64,000 nt of DNA. Source: Auanema rhodensis. Lineage: Eukaryota > Animalia > Nematoda. The DNA is taken from positions 10,850,001 to 10,914,000 of the forward strand of contig OZ059896.1 in the NCBI GenBank assembly GCA_964057225.1, in the 5' to 3' direction. Numbering within the stretch: position 1 is the first letter of the stretch; each line of letters starts with the position of its first letter. The notes under the pieces are model-generated. The model did no database searches. It saw nothing but the letters and a program-made list of their open reading frames with translations, and was not told the DNA's origin. A program made the translations under genes and the position numbers. This document shows, piece after piece, positions 33,430-45,294 of the stretch.

Positions 33430-34335
33430 ATGAAGAAATCTGTTATTCTGTTTATTTTTATTGCATATGTTAGTGGTGGTTTCGCAGCTCCTGCTGAATC
33501 GAAACTTACTATTTCTTGCGCTTCTTGCCAATTAGTTGCTCATCTAGTTACACCAAGAAGTTTGAATGAATCAGGACCAGGTAACTTACTTTTTCACCAC
33601 GTCTCTACTTATAATGTTAGATCACTTAATTTCAAAGTATGCTATTGATCGACATTGCTCTAAGATTGATAGTTGTTCGACCGTTTATACCCAATGCGAG
33701 GTACTCAATTAACATTCATGGAGACGCGTAAATGATAATAATTAAGATTGTAACAAAATTATCTCAATCTCATATTGAGCTACCTGGAAATAATACGAAT
33801 ATACATAAGGCAGCTTTAGAAAAATCATTAAAGAAATTCTTTTTAGAAGCATCCCAAGCATGTATACACGGTAAACACAGGTGATAAAAGCTCTTCCATA
33901 ATTAAATCTTTAGAACCTAATAAAGCAGTTATAACTAGTAATGATCAGTCCATTAAATGTAGCATGTGTATTTTAATATATAACTTCTTCAGCTATTTCA
34001 ATACAGGTCTTAAAATGCTTATTATGTTATTTAATAGGTTTAATTTTCAGCTATTCTTGAAAATCCCATGCTGAAATACATCCCAGCTGCCGTAAATATT
34101 ACTTGCTTCATGATTAAAAGTCTAACTGGCGTAGAGCAACCTGCCATGGTATTTTCTGATGTAGAAATCAAGCCTGTTTAATTTTTTTTAGTGCGGGCCC
34201 CTTACCCAAGGCAATGCAATTCAAGACATTCTAAAAGGAATCCAAGATTCATTAGGAGGATTCTATGATTTGATTGCAGTTCAAGGAATGGGATGTTACC
34301 CATATCAACAATTATTCAATGATTGTGGGTACTAA
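33430..34335 (+). CDS. Secreted Cys-rich protein with saposin-B-like CxxC repeats
   Basis: Signal peptide MKKSVILFIFIAYVSGGFA, ISCASCQLV, IKCSMCILI, further spaced Cys; ends NDCGY* at 34333-34335. Confidence 0.65.
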
Positions 34336-34489
34336 GAATAAATGAATCGAATTAAATTTTAGCATTTTATTATAACAGATGACAATCAAATAAACAATAA
34401 GTCTTAACAATGTAAAGTAACATAACAAAACGAGAGATAACAACAAGAAATGAACACAACAGAATGTAACTAAGAGACCATTTAAGTAA

Positions 34490-35462
34490 TTAGTCATTGA
34501 ATTTAATTTTCTTATTCTGCTGACCACCACCAAAGTCTCCACTTCTTTTGAAACCTGAAAGAAATACTTCGTATGTTAAAAAAACAATCATATACGTACC
34601 ACCACGGTCGCCTCCACGGAATCCGCCGCCTCTACCTCCACGGTCTCCACCACGGAATCCACCTCCACGGTCTCCACCACGGAATCCACCGCCTCGTCCG
34701 CCACGGTCACCAAATCCTCCACCACGTCCTCCTCCGAAACCTCCACCACGGCCTCCACCGAATCCTCCACCACCACGTCCGCCACGACCACCTCCGAAGC
34801 CACCACCGCGACCTCCTCTGTAAACAATTTTGACTAATCTCAACATATTTATTTCTCACCTATCTCCTCCTCTTCCTCTACCGCGGCCTCTGCTATTCTG
34901 GGCACCAGGAAGGAATCTACAAATAACATATGAATGTATGAATAATCAAAATCTAACGATATACCTATCTACAGGAAGAAGCTTGCCAGGGTCAATATAA
35001 AGTTTCTGTTCTTCTTTGAAAGACTGTGCTTTAACTCCATTTTGAAGAGTTACAGTGAATCCCTTTAATATTATGTATTTAAAATTAATCGGTGATAATA
35101 CTTACATTTTCCATGGGTCCTCCGAAAATCTCATCAATTTTTCCTATTTGCTCCTTATTTTCAAAATAAACAGGGGCATTGAAATATGGAATTTTTCCAG
35201 TTGTGTTAGTGCATACGATGTCCTGTTCGCAACAATGGGTAAAATGTCCTACTTCAATAACCTGGAATATTTATTTATATTTTTTCGTTTTCGAAGCTTC
35301 ACTACTTCTTCTGGTGGCCCAGCATCATATCCTCCACCTCTTCCTCCTCCTCTTCCGCCTCCACGACCTGAATACATATTTTCTAAAAGTTTAGGATAGA
35401 CTGATTATACCTCCACGATCACCGCCACGTCCGCGTCCACCACCACGACCTCTAAAAGACAT
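34490..35462 (-). CDS. garr-1: H/ACA snoRNP subunit GAR1
   Basis: RGG repeats at both ends; core [46 protein letters not shown]. Confidence 0.95.
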
Positions 35463-36889
35463 CTGAAAAAAGTTCATATTATTTTTAAAATTAATTAAAA
35501 AAGAGGAATAGAGAAAATATTCAAAATTTACATAATAGATATAAAAAAACATAATTTACTTAATGAAATATATATTTACTAGAAATATCTGTTCTTTGGT
35601 TAGAAAATACCGTAGCCGTTTGGTGATATATTAGATATCATCAAAATTAAGTTTAAAATAATAACCTCAAAACTTTCCTTATAATATTTTAATAAACAAG
35701 TTACCCAAACATAATAAGCATTTAAATGGAAACAAATATTTTTAATGAAAAGCATCAGAATATTTTGCATTTTCTTTTTCTGGCCCAATAGCTTTGGGAC
35801 CATATTTGCAACTCCACCCTTTATGTATGCTGTATTTTGTGAATGAATTCCATAGCATTTTACTTTTAAAATATACTATGGTTTTTATACTTAAATTTTA
35901 AATAATAAACCTCTTAAGTAATTCAGCTTATTAGAAAATTTTCACTATAATCTAATTATCATGTTTTTCTTTTACATTTATATGCTTAGTTTCTAAAATT
36001 ATGTGATATGTATAAATTTCATTTTCTTTTTTAACATGATGTTTTTTGAAGTTTTTACAATTTTCTTATCTTATTTGCTTGTTTCCATGTCTGAATTAAG
36101 TATTTTACTCTATTTTACCAGCGATACGGTTTTTCTTCAGATAGAATGTTCGTACTTAAAACATCCTTTATCCTAAGTTGCTTGAGGTGCGAACTTTCCT
36201 AATGACATGCAATATTATATCTGAGCTAGAGCAAGCAATTAATTTGGCTCATTTTCCGCAATACTAGCATGTTCCAATTCACGCCAGATTGATTAGAGGG
36301 TTGCTCACTTTAAGCTCGCGCTTTTCGTATATGTATGCGTTGTGCAGGTTTGAATAACTTTTTTTATCATTGTATTTTTTCAATTTTAAATGTTTCAATG
36401 ATAATCCCAAGTAAGGGACTTTCGCCATTGCACTTCATAGTCCCATTCTTCCTATCAGAAATATTTGAACTTACACTTTGGTCATGTGAAGTGATATGAA
36501 TTTGTACTTTTCAATTTTTTCCAAAAAATGTACTCGATTTTTCAGCCTTTTCTTGCTTATTCAACGATTTTTAATATGTATATCTTGCATTAACATGATC
36601 TCTAGCTTGTGATTGGGTGGAAATAGCTAATAATCTGCTCTTATCACTTGCCGCAGCTCATCCCCTCGAATAGGATTTGCTTAGCACCAGGATTATCATC
36701 CATCTAATTTCACTGATTGATTTTCTTCTTGATGACATGCTTCTTCCTTATCCCGTTTTACACCATTAGTTCTACTTTTTTATTAATATTTCAGTTATAT
36801 AGTTCATCAGATTGATATCCACAAGACGGTGATTGAATTGTTATGCTTTTTCGATTGCTAGATCGATAATCATAGATTATTGATTGAAA

Positions 36890-39800
36890 ATGCGGTCAAC
36901 CCGCTCTTCGACACAACCTTCAGAATCTTCTCAGAATGTAAAGAAGCATAGGTGTTATTCAAATGCGGTGATTCCAATTTATTGTATGTTTTAGCGGTTC
37001 TTCGGGTTCTGCTGACCAAAATGATTCTATTGTGCCAAGAGTAAGCCCGACAACATCCAATTATGAGAGATCAGAAACATTTCTCCTTCGTTTCTGTACT
37101 TCTACGTTTCGTCAACTTGTAAGTCAAAACAGGCGACGATATCAAATTGATGGATTCGATCTCGATTTATCATGTAAGTTTGTTGTTCTGAACTTTCAGT
37201 CTTAAGGCAGTTATATGTGGAAATTTTAGACATAACTGATCGCATAATAGCTATGGGTTATCCTGCTGACACGGCCGAAGCTGTGTATAGAAATAGAATG
37301 GATGATATACAACACTTCCTTGAAAAATATCATCAAGATCACTATAAAGTTTTCAATTTGTTAGAATAATAACTGTTCTAGAATTAATGCTCATACATTT
37401 CAGGAGAGGTTTATATGCATACGATCCTAATAAATTTCATAATCGTGTGAAGTTCTTCGAGATGACTGATCATCACCCACCGAAATTGGAAATTATGGCC
37501 CCATTTTGCCAAGAAGTAATATTAAAACATTTAATATATTATACGTGTTCTCTATATTTGAAGGTTCATGAATACTTAGAAGCTCACCCTATGAACGTGG
37601 TAGCTGTACATTGCAAAGCCGGAAAAGTAAAATAAAATTAGTTTTATAAGTGATGCGTTTTCATTTAGGGTCGTACGGGTGTAATGATATGCGCTTATTT
37701 AAGTTATATCAATTTTTATCCTTCACCGAGACAAAATATGGACTATTATTCCATTGTTCGTACCAAAAATAACAAGGTAATCTTAATCTCCAAGATTAGT
37801 TCTATTGGTTGTTTTACAGGGTGTAACCATTCCATCACAGAGACGCTACGTGTACTATTTTTCTCATTTAAGAAAACATTCCTTGAATTATATGTCTCAT
37901 AGGATTGAACTAATAGGAGTATACTTTGAAAGACTACCAAATGTTAGCTGTGAGCTAAACACGTTTAATTTTGAAATGTCTCTCTTATATCTACAGCAAT
38001 ACTGGTCTCTCGTAGTGGATTTGAGCTTTCTGTTGCCAATGGAGATGTCAATGTCTTTCTAGGAGAACCTATGTGGCTAACAAATGAGCAATGGTTTTTT
38101 TCAATTTTTGAATATAATATTCAAGCTACGTTTAGGAGCGAAGAAGATGAAGCCTGGGCTGGTAATGTTGTTCCTCATGGTGATGATCATTATGATCCAT
38201 TTAATCCTGTTCCAGGAAATGATGTGCTTTCTCGGTTTGTTTTAAGTTTAGAATTGATAGTTCATAATTGAATTAAGGCGTGTTTGGGGCTGGACAGTAC
38301 CCCCTGACAAGCGTGTCTTCTTAGAAGACGACGTTAGAGTGAACTTATTCACAAAGGGTAGATATTTCAATATTAATAGCTCGGCTGCGAAGGTCTGTGA
38401 TATTTTAATTTGAGCTTTCGCTATTATAAATAACGTTTAGTTGGGTCATGTATGGTTTAATACAATGTTCACATGTCCTGGGTTTTGCGGAAGCGTTTAT
38501 CGCCATGGTGACGAAGCTCATCCTTATCCTGATGGGGCTACTACAATATCTGAACGAAAAACTCAAGGTCATTATCCAAAAACTGGTAGTGCTAGTCTTC
38601 CGAATTCTCCACCTGGTAGGTTGAATATCCTATAGCTCTGCTTTGGTTTTGTTTAAACTTCCTAAGTTATTGAAATGGGGTGTGTGCAGGCACTCCAATT
38701 TTGCGCTGTGTTGGCGGAAGTATTTCTGGACGAAATGCTGCTAGAACACCTTCGTTTGAGGCTCGCAAGTCTACTGGTAGATCTACTCGATTCCAAATCA
38801 ACTCCGTAGTCAGACGGCGTGGGTAGAATTCATCTGCATGTGCCTCACAAATTCTTTCTACAAGCACTAGTGCATGTAGAACATGCACTTTAGATTTCTC
38901 TTCTTATTGAATCATTTGCGCGTTGTGGTGTATGCGAACGCTCACACTTTTCTAATATTTCGTCAACACTTCAATTTTTCTGGAAACGCTAAATTGTATA
39001 ATATTTCTTTTCAGTTGCTGATACGGCATCTCGAAATAGTGAACCTCATATTGATCAAAATGCAGAAGAACGTAGTTCTTCGCGTAGGATTGAACGGAAA
39101 AGTGGAAAAGATAAAGATCGACCATCGTCTAACTGGAGTGAAGACATGGAGGTACCAGCTTATCATCTTCCGGGATTTCTTTCAAATCTCATTTATAGCT
39201 TATGCTTCCACCCGGATTAAATAGACATTGCCCCAAAGAGAGTTTGGAAAAGATATATAGTGGGGAAAAAAACCCGTAATAGTTTACCGGCGTTAGTTGA
39301 AATAATACTTATATTTTTAGTCCTCGTGTGCATATTGAAAAAATGTTGAGAGATGCACATTCCAGTGACTTGATTCAGGATTCATATAATCATCGACGAT
39401 TAAGTGTACCTCAAGGTGCTTTTTATTTAATATTATGTAATCCATTTTTAATTATCGTAAAGCTATGTTCTTTACTATATCTTATGTCGTTATGGAAACA
39501 TTATTTTATAGAGGGAACGCCCGTTGCTGCTTCTCCGGAAGGTCGTCCTTACGCTTCTGGTCCTAACCTATTACGTAGAGCTCCCGAGGAGCATGTACAA
39601 GTTTATTCAGTATTAGAGATTGATCGAGCGTGTAAAAACAAAAATATCGAACCGGGTTTTCAGGTATATTTTTAGTATATTAGTGTAATTTTCTCATTAA
39701 TTCTAGATGATTATTGTAACTCGATGTCTTCGACCAGAAGATCAAATGTTGGCTGAAAGCTTTATTAGAGTAACAAAACAAAAGCAAGCAGAAAAGGAAA

Positions 39801-40476
39801 AATATAAGCAGGAAAAGGTTCTACTACGGCTTTATGTATTGTATCATAAATTTATCAGGCAAACTCTCGTTTGAAGAAACTTCAAGGAGTTGGTTCGGGA
39901 GCTTCATTAGGAGGAGATAACGAAATCTTTGGAGCGGCAAATAGCAGCAATGATTCAAATGCTGAATTCCCATTGGATCCCCGCATAAGTGATCCCTTCC
40001 TTAGCAGGTATGTTGAATGTCAACTAATAAATTATGCATCGAAGTATGTAGAATTTGTTGTATTGTTGTATCTTAGAGCATTCTTATTTTTTATGAATTT
40101 AGGTGTCCACTGCTTTCCGAAACATCAGATAAAACTGACTTTGCCACATCTCCCAGTTTGGACAAACCTATAAGTGTTTGCGGTTCACATACTCCCGCTT
40201 ATAATGTTAGCTCATTCATATGTACTACTAATGACAAATTGATATTTTTAAGAGTCCCGACTGGAAAACAAGTTGCTCTGATTTTTCGGTTGGAGAATTG
40301 AATGAACTTGATATTGAGGTGCGAAGTTATCACCCAGATGCCGGAAAATACCAATCTGGAAGTAGCCGTAGCAGTAGTAGCGTAAGTTGTTTTTCAAAAA
40401 TGTACTTTTTCAAATTTTATACAAAGATTTTTGTTGTATTCAGAATGAAGGCTGCGCTGTTCCGGCGGACGAATGA
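36890..40476 (+). CDS. daf-18: PTEN phosphatase DAF-18
   Basis: [59 protein letters not shown], and a C2 domain with HVWFNTMF. C-terminal exons less certain. Confidence 0.95.
38690..38776 (+). CDS. daf-18: Probable 87-nt frame-preserving cassette exon of daf-18
   Basis: gtgcag|GCACTCC...TCTACTG|gtagat; phase 1 to phase 1, matching the flanking exons; open frame [29 protein letters not shown]. Confidence 0.6.
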
Positions 40477-42089
40477 CCTCTTTTAACCATGTCTGCTGAG
40501 CTTTAGCTTTTTCTAATTATATTGCTCTTCTCACAGAACGGCATTCCGAAAATTTCCACATGTTAACTTTAAGTTTCAAACATTTGGTTTATGTATTCCA
40601 ACTCAACTCACGGTGTTTTGCACGAAGGTGATTTCAACTGGTTTCTTCTCGAGCTTTTTACCTAGTCTACACATACTCCTGTATCTCCTGATATGTAGAT
40701 ACCAATCCGGTTGAGTACGCCAGTGGATAATTTTCTATGTATATACGGCTGATCTATACACTTCATCTCTATTCTTACACTGAATTGTGCAATTTTTACT
40801 AATTGAAATAGCTACTACCCTTCTAACACTCCTTTTTCTAATGATTTTAGAGCTTCGAATTAAACAAGTTTTGAAAACGTAGAAAATCAGTTTTGTATTT
40901 CTCTTGATCTTGAAGAGATATTAACTTATATTAACTCAGTTCACTAACCTCTCATATTCTGTTATTCTATTTTGGAAATATTTTTATTGATATGCCGACC
41001 TTCTATAGTAGTTTGAGTAGATGCCCAAAGATATTCCTCGAGATATTCCTTCGAACTTTCTACGCGGCGTTCTTTAAGCCATCTCTAGACTATTTTGCAA
41101 TAATTTCCTAATTATATCAATTAGTTAGTTCTGACATACATATAGAGTACGACCTGGCTGGTTCCTACAAATTTTATTGAATTTTTATGTGTATCCTGTG
41201 AATACAGTTGTTGTACATACTAAACTTTTACTGACCTTCGTAAGCAGAATTAATTTAAGTTTTAGCCAGAGAAGTATTTTCTTGGCTCGTTTGAGGTGTG
41301 TCTTGATAACAAATCTTCCCAAGTTTTCTAACAACAACCTCGTAAGGCTTTATTTATGTTGTTTACTTTGTTGTTCTGGACATGATGCAAAAGTTGCCAG
41401 GTTGGTCCTACCTTATTTGTGCATCTATTTCGAGCCATCTTATCTTTTTTAGAGATCTCTTAACCTTTTATCTGAACTATATAACTTACACTATCTCTGT
41501 TGACTACCATATACGTGGTACTGTATAATCTATACTTATTATGTAGGCTGATATACATTGTTTTACACTCTTATCTCCACATATTTCTCTCACAGATAAG
41601 TTATGTTATTTAGACAATTCAAAATATAATTTTTCGTATCCTTTATGTTGTTGTATAGTATTTTGAGAGTATGAGATATCAAATTTATGTTTCTATAAAA
41701 TATTGTCATGTTGAGCATTTTTCAAATTGTATTGATGATGTTGATGATAAACGTTATACAATCTTCACCTGTAAATGCTCTTAATGCAAGGCTCATCAAT
41801 ACATATTAGATACTTGATTTCATCGAGAATCAGGCCTTTTCAGTGAAGCATTTATATAAGCTTTTCAGAATAAGAAAGCATGAATAATGAATATATGTGA
41901 CGAAGATTAAAGTACTCTAATGCGTGAAAGGATTCATCATGAAAAATTCTGAGAAGGAAACGTGAGGAGGAGGAGCATCCAGCACGTAGCCTACCCTAGC
42001 CTAGCCTCTACTTCGCTGTTCAATATTCTAAAAGGCTTTTTCTACAGCGCTCCCCTTAAACAAAAGCTATTCCTTTCCTAATAAGGAAG

Positions 42090-42400
42090 ATGAGAAGCAC
42101 AATCCTTATTTTCATAATTTTCAATGTTGTAACCTGCATACTTCATAATGAAGGGCAATTTCCCCGTCAAATAAGATCGTCATATATTGGAGAGTGAGTA
42201 ATTTATAATAAAACATTATTAATTTTAATTTTAGATTCACGTTTGGTAGTTTAAATAGATTACCGAGATATGCGTACCGAAGACTTCAATCAGCAGGAGG
42301 TTAGCATTATACAGTTTACTTTAATTCGTATTTAGACATTACAGCCATGTTCCCCAAACGACAACCAAGTTCCAATTGGCTGGATAAGAAAGTAATATAA
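42090..42400 (+). CDS. 77-aa secreted prepropeptide, candidate neuropeptide precursor (3 exons)
   Basis: Exons 42090-42193, 42235-42299 and 42336-42400 with GT-AG introns give MRSTILIFIIFNVVTCILHNEGQFPRQIRSSYIGEFTFGSLNRLPRYAYRRLQSAGDITAMFPKRQPSSNWLDKKVI*. It has a signal peptide and RQIR/RR/KR/KK sites. Confidence 0.75.
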
Positions 42401-42589
42401 GTTATAAAAAAAAGGATAAAATGTTCATTTGTTTTCAAACGACGTTAAAAATTGTATTATATTTCAACTTGAACAAATAAAACGCTAAAAACAGAAAATT
42501 ACTTAGATGCATGTTTACATATGATTTTTTACAAACCTCATATATGGCAAGAACTTGATGAACTGATGAGAAAGTGATATTGTATTCAA

Positions 42590-43507
42590 TTAGTTGCATG
42601 ATGATTCTTGAGTTGTACTCTTAGGAGAACATGAGTCAGAGTTACTGAAAAAAAAAAAAGTATTTCAAAAATTAAAATAAGAATGAACAAAATATGCTTT
42701 GCTACATCATCTTTAGAATAATGGCGGCGATTGCAGTGATCACAGATATACATAATATTTCCATGAAAAATCTAAAATATCTATATTTCATTTCACATGC
42801 ATATATAAAAATTAGAAACCGCTTCATGTCTTTTCCGATCATATACTGTTGGTACCACAGCAAAGCAAAAACGACAATAAATGGGGTCATGCTTTCGTCG
42901 TGATACTTTGCGCTGCCTTTTAGCCTGCAATAAAAATTCCTTAACATGTAAGTATTGAGCCAAAATCCCACTTTAATGCTTGGAGTCTCATAATACCTCT
43001 TCCTCGCGGTGTCGAGAGATGTATCTTCAAGAATATAAGTTATTTCGTCATTTCTCTAAATGTTTCTATTCTATAAACGGATTTATATTGTCTTTACTTT
43101 AATAGGCATTTCAGAATTGACGTTTAAAACTCGACTAGAAAAAACAGATAAACAAAATAAGTCTATAAAAACAACCTATTGTCTGAACTGGGATTTCCCT
43201 CGAAAATAGGTTGCATATTAACAAATGCATCTGAAATAAGAGATAAACTTTGATTATAAACAAAAATATTCACCAGGGTGTGGCAAGTGTTCATTCGAAG
43301 AAGATTGTAAATAGCTATGAGATAGATTATTAGAATGTGAAATTTGTGTTAAACCAAACATATCCTCTTCTTCGTCTGGTGGGTTACTAAATTACGACAT
43401 AATATTAAAACTACAAAATTATTTTATAAGACTAACTTTATAGAAGAAAAAAAAACTCCATCTATATCTTCGAAATTATCCATGAAATGATTTGATAAAT
43501 CTGTCAT
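42590..43507 (-). CDS. C2H2 zinc-finger protein
   Basis: Acidic N-terminus MTDLSNHFMDNFEDID, basic KRQRKVSRRK, then YCRFC..RKRHEAIFH and YICDHC..VAKHI. Confidence 0.65.
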
Positions 43508-43796
43508 CTTCTCAAAAATTATCTTATAATATAAAACTTGTTATCAAATTATGCGAGGCGGCAAGTATAACCTGTAGCGAGCACATACAGTATATTATTT
43601 AAAATTTAAAACGTGATTTGACGCTCTAAGACTATTATGAAATAAACCTATGTTATGCTTCCTTGAAATAGTACAAGTTTATATGGTTAGGTATTTTATT
43701 GGATTATGCTGAGTTACATATGTCACATGAAAGAAAAAAAAAATTTGTACAAAACGTGAGTATTATGTTAATATTCTTAAAACTGTAGTCGGGATC

Positions 43797-44994
43797 TTAG
43801 TTCATTACTACCTCATAAACTTCATCTTCCACGTCGCTGTCAATAGAATATTCTGCATCACAGAAGAGAGTAGAATTAATTATCTCAAACACATCTTTTT
43901 CGGATACTTCAAAACTCTAAAAAATCAAAAATTCCGAGAACATTACATATCTCTATAATACCTTTTTTGCTAAATGATAACACATTGTACAATAAGTCAT
44001 ATCTTCTTGGGGATTGAAAAACCATTTAGCTGTTTCTTGTGATTTACACATGTTACATTTATGGCACTATCAAGTAATGTAAACAAGTTAAAACAAAATA
44101 AATCAAAAAATTACCTCATGGAAGAACATGATGTGAGTATTGTGCAATGAATATGTACAAGTGTGTTATTAGATATATTGCTCTTGAGTTAATCAATTAG
44201 ACTATGACTCATCCGGGCGATTTCATAAGTGTCGGATAAACTACAGGTTAATATTTTTGATTGAGAGCAACGTACAACCACTATATATCATAAAATAACA
44301 GTATTACTTTATTAATTCCAATTATTAAATGAGATAAAGCAATGACAGATGTGCATATGTGTCCAGTTAACTTAAACAAATAAGTGATAATAATTACACG
44401 TCGATGAATTCATATATTTCCGTGTCTATGCTATCCATATTTGTTTCATTATGTGTGAAAACTTCGTACATATCATCTTCATTCACACCGTGAATCTATC
44501 CATTAAATCATAATTAAACTAAGAATAAGTCAAATGAACATACCGTTTTTGCGTGATAAAAACACATTATGCAGTAAAGAACATCATTATTTACACTGAA
44601 AAGCCATTTAGATGTTTCAGTCGTTTTACATAAGGTACAGCAAGTAATTTTCTGCTAAAATAACAAGAAATGAGTTAATAATTAGAACAACACTATACCT
44701 TCTCAACTTCTGTCTGCATTGTAGTACTGTTAATAAAAGTTGAATGAAAGGAGCTTTAGTTGTATAATCTAAGATCCTAATATGCTTTTTCTTATGATCG
44801 ACTTGACCTCTTGATCCGCCTATCACCCTAAGTCATGAGAGCCTCCCCAAATTTACTATAGGGAAACTTCAATTCATATCTGACATGGCAAATATGGCAG
44901 AAGAAAAAAAGATAAATAACTGAAAATCTGAATTATTCAAAATTTGAGTTCGACTCAAAGTTTCTGAGCAATTGAAGTAACATAGCATCATCAT
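43797..44994 (-). CDS. Protein with two atypical GATA-like Cx2Cx18Cx2C fingers (ends approximate)
   Basis: Exons encode CTLCKTTETSKWLFSVNNDVLYCIMC and CNMCKSQETAKWFFNPQEDMTYCTMC; acidic C-terminal exon. Confidence 0.55.
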
Positions 44995-45294
44995 TAATTT
45001 TTTTTATAGAAAACATCTACTAGACAACACAATATACATTTTGGTCTTAAAATTTTTGTACGACTTTTGTGTATTCAGGGGGTTTCATGCCATCTTTTGC
45101 TTTTTTAAAGCGTATGCAACTGTTCCAACGTGTCTATGTTGTTTCTCCCACTTTGTTAACATTTTGGAAATATTAGAGTGTTAATTCCCTTATTTCCTTA
45201 TTATAAGATATTATTATATGTTAAAACGTATTGATTATAAGATAAATAATCTTAATATCTTTTGCTTTTTCTTCCTATATCTATTCCGTTCAGA

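Noticed and set aside
34548-34833. Pro-rich and His-rich plus-strand ORFs
   Set aside because: Antisense shadows of the GAR1 RGG repeats.
41985-42010. GCCTA repeats resembling (TTAGGC)n
   Set aside because: Only three imperfect units in a promoter context.
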